Shown here one piece after another: positions 1 to 11,248 of a stretch of 64,000 nucleotides of DNA. The position numbers were made by a program, and so were the translations under genes. The notes beneath the pieces were generated by a model. It worked only from the letters and a program-made list of their open reading frames with translations. It made no database searches and was not told the DNA's origin. Position 1 is the stretch's first letter, and each line of letters begins with the position of its first letter. The stretch comes from Rebecca billardiae RCC1528 (lineage: Eukaryota > Protista > Haptophyta), in NCBI GenBank assembly GCA_965240325.2, contig OZ251248.1, forward strand, positions 930,001 through 994,000, written 5' to 3'.

Positions 1-921
1 CACTGAACGACAGACCTGAGGCTCTCGGAGCTGGCACAGGAAGGGGGTTCTGCTACGACCCTCCCCCAGCGGCCCGCCAGGCCGCAGCAGGTGCAGATGC
101 TGCTGGTCAAGACGCCAGCTGGAGAGCATCGTGCCTCGTGCCTCGTGTCAAGAGCCCAGCAAGCCCTCTGCAGACCGAGGTCGCTGCAGCATGCAGCAGA
201 GCCTGCTCGTTACACCGGCACGCGCGGTTTCCTGCTGCAGGTCACGGGGCAGCTGCCCGGCTTGGCTGGAGCCGCTGCTTTCCTGCAATGCTGGACGTGC
301 GGCAGTCGCCCGTGCGGCAGTCGGCGCACGGTTTCCTGCAGCAGCATGCAGAAGGGGCAGTCTGCCCGAGCCGGAATTCCCTGCATTGTGCAGGATGTGC
401 TCCTACCACCTCTGCTGTACAAGGTGGCCGGCTGGGGCTCTGCGCAGGGCCCTGCGTAGTTGCAGCTCCGGTCCGGCGCATGCGCTTCGGCTGGCGGTCC
501 GAGACGGCGGGCCCCTGGCTCGCGGGCGGCACTGTGGGCAGTGCGTCCGCGCCCGGGTGGGCGGTTACTGTGTGCGGGGAACGTCAGCGCGGCAAACACG
601 TCGCAGCCGCAAGTACCCTGGTGGCACAGTGGGCTGCAACCACTCGGGCCTCCACTTGGAGGTATCCCAACTGTCGACGACGTCGCCGATCTGGTGACTG
701 CGTAGCAGTGGGCATAACATACTACAATCATGCGGCGAACAAGGAACAAGGACCGCTCGGGCATCACTATCAGAGAGTTGGTTGCATCAAAGGAGGCACG
801 GCAGGTTGCATGCTCAGGAAGCGACGCGACGAAACGAAAAAGCAGAAATCAGGGTGGTCCGGAACACGGTGAGTAGGCGCCCGCGCACCCGGTCGGAGGA
901 CTGAGGAGTTCTTGAGGAGCC

Positions 922-2886
922 ATGCCGACCGAGGATCGATGGCGCTCATCGACCTCAGCCTCGTCGTCGCTCGTGTACCTCGTCGCGAGCCTGACCTCGT
1001 CGCCAACGCGCGTCGGCATGATCGGCCCGACGCTGGCCACGCTCGGCGCCGCGCACCAGCGGCGCCCATTCGACGAGGTCCTCCTCGTCCTGCCGCGCAC
1101 GTTTGCGCGCACAGGCGAGCCGTACCCGGAGCCGTTGCCGTTGGACACTGCGGGCGTGACCGTGCTGCGGTGCGAGCATGACTGGGGCCCGGCGACGAAG
1201 CTCGTCCCGACGGTCCGCTACCTCGCCACCGAGCGCGCCGCCGCCATCGCCGCCAGGCTCGGCCTCCCTCCGGGCGCGAGTCCGCGCTCGGCGCTCGAGC
1301 GCGTCCACATTGTCGTCGTCGACGACGACAGCCTGTATCCTCCGCAGATGGCGCGCTCGCTGGCGTCGACGGCCACGCCGACGCGCTCGGAGTGCGCGGG
1401 CGGGTGGAACGTCGTCGCGCGCACCGCGCTCGAGCACGAGGGCGCGCAGCGCCCCGTGCTACTCATGCCGCACCTCGCGCCCGTCCACGTGTGCGAGGGG
1501 TTCAGCGGCTGGCGTCTGCCGCTCGGACCGCTCGCGCACGACGTCGAGGGGTTCGAGGCGCGGATGCGGGCGCTCACGTCGGACGCGGACCTGCGTCTGT
1601 CGGACGACCTGGTGATCAGCGACCAGCTCGCGCGCGCCGGCGTGCGCCTCGCGCACCACCGCACCGCAGGCTTCAACATCCTCCTGGTACGGCAGCGCGC
1701 GCTCGGCTTTGGCGCGGACGCGCTCCATCGCACCGACACGGCGGGCAGCTCGCACTCGGCGCGGTACGCGCGGATCATCCGCAGCGGGAGGCTCGACGCG
1801 CTGCCCTCGCCCGAGCGCTGGGCCACGATGTGCGCGCCGCAGCCGTCGCCGCCCCTGTGCGCACCGCGGCTCGCCACCCCTGCCGCTGCCGCCGACAGCA
1901 ACAGCAGCAGCAGCAGGGGCGCGTGCGCCGGCGCGGGCGGCGCGGAGCGCGCGGCGGTCGCCGTGCTGGGCGCAGAGCACACGGGCGCGCGCACGTGCGG
2001 TGCGCTCCTACGCGCGAACATGTGCGCGCCGTCCGTCAGCGCGAGCGCCGAGGCCGACAAGGCGACGAGGCGTGCCATGCGCACCTGGCAGCAGCTCGAC
2101 GACTCGGCGCGCGGTGTCGACGCCGCCCGCGCGAGCCTGTTGCTCGTGCACCGCACGCTGCGGCGGCCGGTCGTCATCGCCGTGCGCGAGCCGTTGCAGT
2201 GGCTGAACGCGCTCCAGCGCGCGCCGGGCGCGTGCGCGCACGCGCAAGCCGCACGCACGCCGAAGCGCCGCGCAAGCGGCTGCTCGGTGCGCCAGCTGGC
2301 GGCAGCCGCCGCGGGCCGCACCGCGCGGCTCCGGCTGGCGCGCGAGGCGCTCGGGCTCGTCCGAGCACCGCCGGTGGTCCGGGAGTCCGGACCGCGCGGG
2401 GAGCTGCCGGCCGTCCGGAGCGCTGCCTCGCGCGCTGGAGGCGACGCGGGCCCGGTCGTGCTCGTCCGGTACGAGGACGTGGTGACGCGGCCAGGCGCGG
2501 TCGGCTGCATGCTGGGCCACGCGCTCGGACTGTGCACGCTCCGACCGCTGGCAAACCTCGCGGTAGGCGCGACGCCCGCGCGCGAGCGCGAAGTGTTCAG
2601 CCCCGAGAGGGGGGCGCTCGACATGGGCGTGGTCGGGCTGCGTGCGAGGCTGGCCGCCGTGTCGCCCCACCCGTGCACCGCCGTCGGCTCGTACTCGAAG
2701 CCCGCCCTCACCGCCGTGCTCTCGGCGCTCGACTGGGAGCTCGAGCAGCTGGTCGGATACGCGGCGGCCGAACGTGAGTACCGCAGCGCGTGCGCCGGCC
2801 GCGGCGGCAACAGTAGCCTCGGCGGGATGCTCCGGCACACGGCGCACGGTCTGCTCAGCACCGCCATGCGGATCGTTGCGCGCTAG
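922..2886 (+). CDS. Glycosyltransferase (GT-A fold) fused to a degenerate sulfotransferase-like domain; apparently intronless
   Basis: N-terminal half has VASLTSSPTR, DWGPATKLVP, IVVVDDD(SLYP) and SDDLVIS motifs typical of a GT-A family. C-terminal half has VLGAEHTG, VIAVREPLQW and LVRYEDVV, resembling PAPS-sulfotransferase motifs. Start codon uncertain. Confidence 0.65.
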   Translation: MPTEDRWRSSTSASSSLVYLVASLTSSPTRVGMIGPTLATLGAAHQRRPFDEVLLVLPRTFARTGEPYPEPLPLDTAGVTVLRCEHDWGPATKLVPTVRYLATERAAAIAARLGLPPGASPRSALERVHIVVVDDDSLYPPQMARSLASTATPTRSECAGGWNVVARTALEHEGAQRPVLLMPHLAPVHVCEGFSGWRLPLGPLAHDVEGFEARMRALTSDADLRLSDDLVISDQLARAGVRLAHHRTAGFNILLVRQRALGFGADALHRTDTAGSSHSARYARIIRSGRLDALPSPERWATMCAPQPSPPLCAPRLATPAAAADSNSSSSRGACAGAGGAERAAVAVLGAEHTGARTCGALLRANMCAPSVSASAEADKATRRAMRTWQQLDDSARGVDAARASLLLVHRTLRRPVVIAVREPLQWLNALQRAPGACAHAQAARTPKRRASGCSVRQLAAAAAGRTARLRLAREALGLVRAPPVVRESGPRGELPAVRSAASRAGGDAGPVVLVRYEDVVTRPGAVGCMLGHALGLCTLRPLANLAVGATPAREREVFSPERGALDMGVVGLRARLAAVSPHPCTAVGSYSKPALTAVLSALDWELEQLVGYAAAEREYRSACAGRGGNSSLGGMLRHTAHGLLSTAMRIVAR

Positions 2887-3003
2887 CTGATGACGCGACC
2901 GCACTGCTCATCCGCATCGTCACGCGGCATCAGCATCAGCAGTTCCAATATAATCATATATATATATAAGCGGCGCTGCATCACTCGGCCCTGCCGAGCA
3001 GTA

Positions 3004-4340
3004 GGGTGAAAATCCCATTTTCTGGCCTGTCCGGGTGGAAAATCCGGCTGCTCGGATCTGACCGGACCGGGACCCGGACAGCACAGTATCTAGGGACCAG
3101 ACACTTTTACATCTTCGTTCTCTTCGGATTTGAGCATGGGGCGGCGCCCCATTTGCACAGTCAAAAGACCGCGGGTGTAAAAGCAACCGTTGTCGAGTTC
3201 GATGTAGCGGCTGGGCGAATTAGTGAATTAAAAAACAATTCACGAGACACTTGCGCCCACGGCCGCGATGGCGTGCGCCGTCCACCCACGACGGAGTCGT
3301 GGACGGACATCGCTACACAGCCTACGCGACAGGCGTTGTCGTGATCGAGGTGCCCGTGCCCGTTGTCGATAGCCAAACGATTGGCACGACGACCTGGCAC
3401 CACATCCGCGTCAAGCGCGGCGAGGCCGTGGTCCAGCGCGTGTGCGCCACTGAGCTGGCCGATGTGCGGACGGCGTCGGGTGGCGCAGGGGCTCCTGCCG
3501 ATGCTACCTGGCGGCTGCTGCGGGGCCTGCTGCCGTGGTCGAGCCTGGGGCAGAGGCTGAGTCAACCGCGGAGCAGCTCAACGCTTCCGAGATCGAGCTG
3601 CGCGCGGTCGGACCAGATGACGGCCCGCGGCCGTCCAAGCGCACACGCAAGGACGCCTGAGCACACTCGTTCAGTCCGAGCAAAGCCTGGTCGGCGTACG
3701 AGCGCGAGCCAGCTCAGACACGGCACGAGCGCACGCGTGACGGCTCGTACGATGAGCTCGTCGGCTTGGTCATCGGGCTGCTGTCGCTCGTCGCCTCGCT
3801 TGTCACGTCACACTCAGCTGAGCAGAGACATCACTCCCGCCGTTCATTCAGCTGATCGACGAGGACGAGGCGGCCAAGGCGGCGGCGGCTCAAACGCCTG
3901 GAGGAGGAGCGCAGGAGGAGGAGGAGCTCCCAGCGCTGAGCCTGTGGGGCCGCGCCGAGGCCAGGCACCGCGGCCAGCGGCTGCAGTCGCGGGTGGCTGC
4001 CGGACAGCAGCTCGGCGGCACACGCTCACTCATACGTCGATCCTCTTGCTCGAGAGTCGAGGCGGCGGGCAAGGTGCAGGCCGCACGCGAGCTTGCTGAG
4101 CGTGCGCAGGCCGAGCCGCAGCTGAGCCCCGAGGGTGCTCGGGACGCCGCGTGCGCAAGCAGGCCGCCTCGCAGCAGATGGTGCTTCGCATCGAATAACT
4201 ACGCTGATACTAACCCGAAAAAATTTCTTCGCACTGCGTGCGCTTTACTCCCATTCTTATTTTATTCCTTATTCGCGTATTAAATGCCGCTTTTCCGCCT
4301 CCCCAGTGCGGAAGTGCGCCAGAAAATGGGAATTCCACCC
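3004..4340. mobile_element. 1.34-kb non-autonomous TIR element, GGG...CCC ends, 4-bp TSD (Sola2-like signature)
   Basis: GGGTGAAAATCCCATTTTCTGGC (3004-3026) vs GCCAGAAAATGGGAATTCCACCC (4318-4340), 21/23 inverted match. AGTA on both flanks (3000-3003, 4341-4344). Confidence 0.75.
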
Positions 4341-5021
4341 AGTAGATCATCGTCGTCGGAGGCCATCAGCCATTAGGTCACCATCGCCCATGCGGGCCAT
4401 GTCACATCGGACGGCACTGCGACTGCCGCCACGAGCGTCGAGCCGGCCTGCCCCAGGCCGGGGCTCCGCCGCCGGGCCCGTGCCAGGGGATGGCCGTACG
4501 ACCCATGCCCGGGGTGCAGCCGGGCGCCTGGAGCCCTGGATGGAGGCGGAACTACAGGGGGGTCCAGATGAGAGTTGAAGTTGGGGACCGTTCGGAAGGG
4601 AAGCCATGGCGGGGCGTGAATCGGGCCGTCCCACCGCGATCCAAGGCGCGGGTGCAACGTCCGGGGCAGGGGTCGTTGCACTCGCCGGTCGGCGTCGCCG
4701 TGCGAGCGCGTGTGCGTGAGTGACAGCTTCCCTTCCGACTTTTCGACCACTCTCACGTCCACGTCCGCATCATCGTGTGCCGGCGCGCGCGAGGCTGCGC
4801 ATGTAAAGGATGGGCAAGTAGCGGGCAGGACACCCTTCTGATGGCTGCGTTGACCTCTGGGGCATGCCAGGCGAGGGTGCAGACCTATCAATTTTCTGCC
4901 TGACCCCACAAGTCGTGAGTCTGACGATCAATGTTGGCTGCGCGGTAGTCGTGCGACCGCCGTCCGACACGGCTGCCATGCGATTACGCGCCTGTCAACG
5001 GCGGGGTGATCAACGACCGGC

Positions 5022-6215
5022 ATGGCTAGCAAGCTGGTCAGGGGTAGCAGCAGCCTTCTCTGGGGCCACGTCACGCGATTTGGCGACCTCGCCACGGCTC
5101 CATGCCCGTCCGGAGGCACGACGTGCCGCACTACCTGGCCAGCCACGAACCCCCTTGCAGCCACCATCGAAGTACCCGCCTCTGGCCGTTACCCAGTACG
5201 TACTCGGTGCGCAGGGCACAAGCCACAAGCTGGGGAGCCAGCTCCCGTGCGTGCGGCCGTCAAAATTAATTGCGCGGCCGGCATGGTTGACGGGAAGAAC
5301 CGCAGGTGTGATCACGCTGGCTGCACCACGCGGCCTTTATTCGGCATGCCGGGCGACGCGCGCGCCAGCCGGTGCGCTACGCACAAGCTGACCGGCATGG
5401 TTGACGTGGCGAACCGCAAGTGTGATCACGCTGGCTGCACCACGCGGCCTTTCTTCGGCATGCCGGGCGACGCGCGCGCCAGCCGGTGCGCTACGCACAA
5501 GCTGACCGGCATGGTTGACGTGGCGAACCGCAAGTGTGATCACGCTGGCTGCACCACGCGGCCTTTCTTCGGCATGCCGGGCGACGCGCGCGCCAGCCGG
5601 TGCGCTACGCACAAGCTGACCGGCATGGTTGACGTGGCGAACCGCAAGTGTGATCACGCTGGCTGCACCACGCGGCCTTTATTCGGCATGCCGGGCGACT
5701 CGGGCGCCAGCCGGTGCGCTACACACAAGCTGGCCGGCATGGTCGACCTCAAGCACCCCAAGTGTGACCACGCCCGCTGCACCAAGCAGCCTTCGTTTGG
5801 CATGCCGGGCGACGCGCGCGCCAGCCGGTGCGCTACACACAAGCTGGCCGGCATGGTCCACCTGACGGCCCGCATGTGTGATCACACCGGCTGCACAACG
5901 GTGCCGAACTTTGGCATGCCGGGCGACTCGCGCGCCACGCGGTGCGCTGCGCACAAGCTGGCTGGCATGAAGAGCCTTCGCAGCCGTGGTGCGCACAAGC
6001 GCGGGCTGGAGCAAGACATGACGAGCAACAAAGAAGTGAGCGCCGCCAAGCGACAGCGGAAGCGCACCCGCAGCACAGCCACTGCCTCTGCGGATGGCGT
6101 TGTGGCAGCCCGGCAGCCGCGATCGCAGCTGCCGCCGCTGGTCACAGCCAGCGTCGTATCGACGCCGTCGCGTGTACGACCCGTGGTGATGGCCAGGCGG
6201 GTAAGGGCGGCCTGA
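5022..6215 (+). CDS. EsV-1-7 cysteine-rich repeat protein
   Basis: Six 38-aa repeats MVDVANRKCDHAGCTTRPFFGMPGDARASRCATHKLTG (C-x4-C...C-x2-H pattern of EsV-1-7 repeats), then a basic NLS-like stretch AKRQRKRTR. True start may be downstream (e.g. ATG 5283). Confidence 0.8.
   Translation: MASKLVRGSSSLLWGHVTRFGDLATAPCPSGGTTCRTTWPATNPLAATIEVPASGRYPVRTRCAGHKPQAGEPAPVRAAVKINCAAGMVDGKNRRCDHAGCTTRPLFGMPGDARASRCATHKLTGMVDVANRKCDHAGCTTRPFFGMPGDARASRCATHKLTGMVDVANRKCDHAGCTTRPFFGMPGDARASRCATHKLTGMVDVANRKCDHAGCTTRPLFGMPGDSGASRCATHKLAGMVDLKHPKCDHARCTKQPSFGMPGDARASRCATHKLAGMVHLTARMCDHTGCTTVPNFGMPGDSRATRCAAHKLAGMKSLRSRGAHKRGLEQDMTSNKEVSAAKRQRKRTRSTATASADGVVAARQPRSQLPPLVTASVVSTPSRVRPVVMARRVRAA
5283..5966 (+). 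repeat. Tandem 114-bp coding repeat, 6 units
   Basis: Units start at 5283, 5397, 5511, 5625, 5739 and 5853. The first four are nearly identical; the last two are more diverged. Confidence 0.95.
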
Positions 6216-6661
6216 CAAGTGACGACGGCAGACGAGCGGCCTGTCGTGGCCATGCAGCATGCTGAGCCGAACCGCCGCATGCCTTGACGAGCGGCACAGC
6301 AGATGCGGTGGGCATGCCCGCTCGCCGACGCGACGAGGCGCGGTGCGCCTGAGGCAGCATCGCGGGACTCTGCCGCGCGACGTGCCGGCAACGTCCGCAC
6401 GCGCAGTGCCCGTGAATGGCACCGCCGCTGTATGGCCGAATCGGCGTGGAGTCGTCTGCGCCGTGCGGTCCGCGCACGGTCAGTCGGCCCTCGGTCATGG
6501 CCGTAGACCGTAGCTATCTATAGCAGTTCATACGGTGCGCGCCATCGGCGTCGTCAAGTATACTCTCATCGTCACGCGGTTGCGTCGCCGCCCGGGCAGC
6601 CCCGGGCTGCTCGGCATTATCGTCATGTCAATTTGTCGTCCTATGGCTATATATATATATA

Positions 6662-8664
6662 TGATTAAACTTTCTTCAGGAATGCGCACCAGAAAAAGCC
6701 TTAACAACCCGCTGGAGTTTCGCCGTCAAATCTCGAGCCGGCCCGCCACTGGCGGAAACGCCACGATGCGGGCCTTCTTCCTCGTCGACCGCACGTGCGC
6801 TCTCGCGATCGTGCGACGAGCTGCGGGCAGATCGACCCGCTCTTCCTGATCGGATGCCGATATCACTCTCAGGTACGCGCGCTCGCGAGCGCGCACCCGT
6901 CTCCTCGCCGCCCTCGTCGAGCACGAGCCGATCTGCAGCAGATGTTGCACCTCGCCGCATTGGCCGTGCTCGCGCGCGCGCAGTACGCGCGACACGAATT
7001 TCGTTAGTGGACCGTTTTCCTGGCTAGCAGGACTTTAGTGGTGGTACACTTGGATGTCGTAAAAACCGTCCACTAACCCTTTCGCGCTTCGCCGCTGCGC
7101 GCGCGCGCAAAGGAGCACTGCAAAGGCAGTGCACAAGCAGATGCAGTGGGCATTCCTCCTCCTGGGCGGCCTCCATGGCCTCGAGCGTGGTGACGAGCGC
7201 GCCGGTGACCACCGCGTGGTCCACCTTGGTGGCGCCGGACAGTCCGGCCGACCCTCGCCGGACTCCACCCTTGCTGCGCGCTGACTGTTTGCCGGTCGTG
7301 CAGCTGCGCCGCCAGCCGCTCGGCGCGAGCGGCGAGCGGCCACATGGTGACACAAGATGGTCGAAGGCGTGGCAGCGCGGTGGTGCGTGCGATCGGGGGA
7401 CCTCATCTGAGCTACGACACGGGCGCGCGCGCTCGTCCGTGCTCATCACGGTGGTGGACGCGCGCGCCGCGCGCTCGTCGGCTGTCGCGCGCTGACCGTT
7501 CGGCTGCATTTTGGTGTCTGCGGCGGCCACAGCTCGCCGGTACGGGCCCTATGGTGGCAGCGAGTGGTACGCGGCGTTGTACTAGGTCCGCGCGCGCCAC
7601 GCACGACGCTCGGCAGGCTCGCCCTCGGACCATTGGCTGAGCCCTACTCGCCGCGCGCGCCGCGCGCAGCAGCCGCTCGGCAGCTGCTCCGGGCGCGAAG
7701 CGCGCCCCGCGCGCTGCACGTGGGCGCGACGAGGTGGTGTAGCGAGCGTGCGCGAGTGTGTGCGCGTGATGGGCACCACCATGGCGCTACTTGCCATGCA
7801 CATCTGCCTCTCGCCACGCCTTCGACACGATAGCTGCGACTGCTGCTCGGAGGTGCGCTCGAGCGCTCGCACGCGTTTGAATCTGGGCTCGGCGGCGACC
7901 GCGTGGGCGAGGGGCAGCGCGGTGCACGGTGGCGGAGCGCGTGCGGAGCGCAGCCTACACCTCCTACACGCTCCATCCAGACACATCGCGCATGCTCGCG
8001 CGACCTCCTCGGTCCATCACGCACGCGTGCACGCGCGAGCAGGTTTGCAGCTGCCGGGCGCGAGCACGGCGCGCCGCGTTGGCGCGCGCGCACCGATACC
8101 CGTGCGCAGCTCGACGAGCGAGCGCGGTGTGTTTCGATGCGTATGGGGAGGCTCGAATTTACGCGCGCGCACGCGCCGGCCCTCGCCGCCCCTTCGCTCG
8201 CCCACGCCTCATCTGCGCGCTTGGCGTTTGCACGCAGCTGCTCATCCTTTCCAACACGTGCACAAACGAGCAGATGGCGCTGGGCGAGGTCGATTGGTGC
8301 GTCAGATATTCGGCAACGACCAGGCCCGCTTGTGTGCCGCCGCTCGTGCTACTCTCGACGACCACCTCTGGGTCGGTCGCGCGCACGAGGCTGCTCGCGG
8401 CCGAATCGTGCCGTGTACCGTCAAGCTGTACCGTGCGCGGCGAGGCGCACTCAGACGTCGGCGTGGGCTGGCATGCAATCGGCCAACAATCAGCGTCGAC
8501 GAACGAGCATGTCGCGAGCATGGTTTGGCCCACTTCCTGGCGCGCACGAGCCGCTCCAAGGCGCGCAAGGGCGCATAACCGCCGTCGTGGCCGCCGACCC
8601 CATCTTGGGCCGCGCGGGTTGTTAAGGCTTTTTAAGGTGCGCATTCCTGAAGAAAGTTTAATCA
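6662..8664. mobile_element. 2.0-kb non-autonomous TIR element inserted in (TA)n
   Basis: 51-bp TIR TGATTAAACTTTCTTCAGGAATGCGCACC..AAAAAGCCTTAACAACCCGC at 6662-6712 and inverted at 8614-8664 (2 mismatches). TA runs on both sides; no recognisable transposase. Confidence 0.9.
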
Positions 8665-9259
8665 TATATATAAGCAGGCATCTCAATGGCCGCGCCGTCG
8701 TCGCCCGCCGGCGCATCCGTCTCAGGCACGCCGTAGCCTGGCGGCCATCCCGCATCCGGTCCGACTAGCGCGTCTACGGTCTATATTCGCAGCAGCGCCA
8801 CGGATACTGATGACTGTACCGTTTGTCCGGCTGGGGACTGTTCACGAATCACGTAACACTAGCTAATATAATAATGACAGCGTGTAACGTCGCCGCGGCA
8901 GCACCGCAGCAGCGGCTGCGCGCCCGGTGGCCAGACTAATGCCGCCAGAATATGCCACGCGTACTGGCGAGACTCACTACGGCCGCGCCCGTCCGCCCTG
9001 ACTGCCACCGGGCACTCATACCGGTCAAGTATACGACCCGTTGCAAGCGTGAGCGCCGAAAAAACGACACTTCGGCGGCCTAGAGTGACGATACAGTCTT
9101 GCAGGCGGCGGCGGCGGCGGCGGGAGCGTGACAGTGCGTCTACCATCACCTTCCGTCTAGCGCGCTACGCCGCGCGTGCCGGGTAGTGCCCCCGGCCCGC
9201 CGCAGCAGCAGCCTCGACAAGTGAAGAGACGATGACCGCGGGCGCAGTGCCGCCGAGTA

Positions 9260-10325
9260 CAGCCTGAGGCCGCTCGAGCGACTTCGTGTCTGGCGAGGCA
9301 GATCGCGCCAGTGCGTGGCGAGGCAGACGCTCGCCTGCCTCGCCGCTTGGCGAGGCAGCTAAGCTAGTAAAGCCGCGGCCGAACTTTACGAAAGCCAAAT
9401 GTCTGCCGGTGCGCCGCCCGTCTTTTGCGCACGGTGACAAGGGCGCGCGAGGGCGCTTCCTCACGATCCCGAAGAGCGCTGCGCGCGGCGTCGCGTTGGC
9501 GGCGGCAGCGGCGCTGGGGTGTATCTTGCCCATTCTGCGTGGCGGCGCGCTCTCATGACGCCTCGGCCGCCGCCACGCCATGCGCGACCGGGCGTGTCGC
9601 CTTCTTGACGGGCAGTGCACACGCCCTTGCAAGCGCACAGCCGTGAAGAGCCGAGAGCGTCCGTCGCGAGCACGCCGCCCACGCGGGATGCGTTATGTTG
9701 TCACCGAAGCCACCTTGCGCATGCGCTTCGCCGAGTTCGCCATGCGTTCAGAGCAGTCAAGATCGCTGAACGAGAGGATGTCATCGGCTGAAATGCAGGT
9801 TAGCAGTGCTCATCGTAGCTGCTACCCATGGTCATCCTGGCTCGCACATGCCAGAGCGCGAGCACCCAGTGTCATACGAATAGCCCTGGCAACGCATCCC
9901 GCGTGGGCGGCGTGCTCGCGACGGACGCTCTCGGCTCTTCACGGCTGTGCGCTTGCAAGGGCGTGTGCACTGCCCGTCAAGAAGGCGACACGCCCGGTCG
10001 CGCATGGCGTGGCGGCGGCCGAGGCGTCATGAGAGCGCGCCGCCACGCAGAATGGGCAAGATACACCCCAGCGCCGCTGCCGCCGCCAACGCGACGCCGC
10101 GCGCAGCGCTCTTCGGGATCGTGAGGAAGCGCCCTCGCGCGCCCTTGTCACCGTGCGCAAAAGACGGGCGGCGCACCGGCAGACATTTGGCTTTCGTAAA
10201 GTTCGGCCGCGGCGTTACTAGCTTAGCTGCCTCGCCAAGCGGCGAGGCAGGCGAGCGTCTGCCTCGCCACGCACTGGCGCGATCTGCCTCGCCAGACACG
10301 AAGTCGCTCGAGTGGCCTCAGCCTG
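9260..10325. repeat. Long inverted repeat: ~435-bp arms (9260-9694 / 9891-10325), 196-bp spacer
   Basis: Arms are near-identical reverse complements; the same peptides appear on opposite strands in the ORF track (9165..9638- vs 9947..+). Confidence 0.95.
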
Positions 10326-10796
10326 CATCCACTTGCCGCGCGGCGCGCACTGTAGTTGCACTTGCAGCGCTCGCGCTCGGCGAGCATGGGCGTGCGCTCA
10401 GGCGTGTCAAGTGCTGTCTCGTCGGCGCGCTTTCGCCTGCCACCTCGTGCACCCGTGCACGCAGCTTCATCGTCTTCATGAGGACTGCTGTGCTGCTGTC
10501 GCCATCACCCGAGTCCGAGTCGCGCGCGGCGCGCGCGGTGGCAGCTGTGCACCGCAGAGTGTCACCGCTGCTGCTTCGCAGCAGTCATCAGCAGCTGCGT
10601 CGTCATCCTCCTCGTCGTCGGCTTCCACTGCCGCAAGAGGGAACGCTGCCAAAGCTGCAGTTGGGAGGCAAGCCCTTCTCTCTTCCCACCGCGGCGCGCG
10701 CGCTGCGACAGCCCTCCCCGTTTCCTTCTCTTGACCACCTGCTGAGGGTTTTGCAGCTCGATCTCGGCAACGGCAGCACCTGGCGACGAACGGATT

Positions 10797-10837
10797 GGAT
10801 TGGTGCACGGGGAATTGGATTCCCCGTGCACCAATCC
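10797..10837. repeat. Perfect 19-bp-stem hairpin with 3-nt loop
   Basis: GGATTGGTGCACGGGGAAT-tgg-ATTCCCCGTGCACCAATCC. Confidence 0.95.
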
Positions 10838-11248
10838 GCTCGGCTCGTCGCGCCCGGCAGCCATCGCCCAGCGCTAGTTGCAAAACCGTATTTTCACCGG
10901 TACGTCGCATTTTCACCGCCCTACGGGCTACGGTCACTCACCCGTGCAACGGGTCATACGACGCTCCAAATTTAATAAATCGATCCCGCAGACCCGTGCC
11001 GGCGGCAGCGGGCGTGCCGCTATCGGCGACTGCTCGGGCTTACAGGCCGCAGTGAGCTGACAGTGCCACTCGGCCCGCCGGCGACAGCACTCCGCAGCAG
11101 AGTGCGCGGACCGACAGCCAGTGGCGTCGGCCTCACGCCGTCCGACGGGCCGTCACAGCCAGCGCGGGCGGCACTGTACCGCGTAAGTATATATACGACG
11201 ATGACTCGTAATGAGTACTTGAGTAATACGACTACGGTATACGGTATA

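Larger units (their letters stand above)
9034..10956. mobile_element. Probable 1.9-kb non-autonomous element with short imperfect TIRs, carrying an internal foldback
   Basis: TA|CGACCCGTTGCAAGCGTGAG at left vs CTCACCCGTGCAACGGGTCA|TA at right; subterminal ATTTTCACCG repeated near 10890-10918. Confidence 0.5.

Noticed and set aside
1-870. Overlapping ORFs at the window start
   Set aside because: No recognisable motif and no frame clearly preferred; may be a gene end or TE remnant but cannot be supported.
4592-4738. 13-bp inverted repeat TCGGAAGGGAAGC / GCTTCCCTTCCGA
   Set aside because: Short, no TSD and no second copy; not enough to call a MITE.
5283-5966. Regular repeats resembling a CRISPR array
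   Set aside because: Contiguous in-frame 114-bp coding units with no unique spacers; eukaryotic context.
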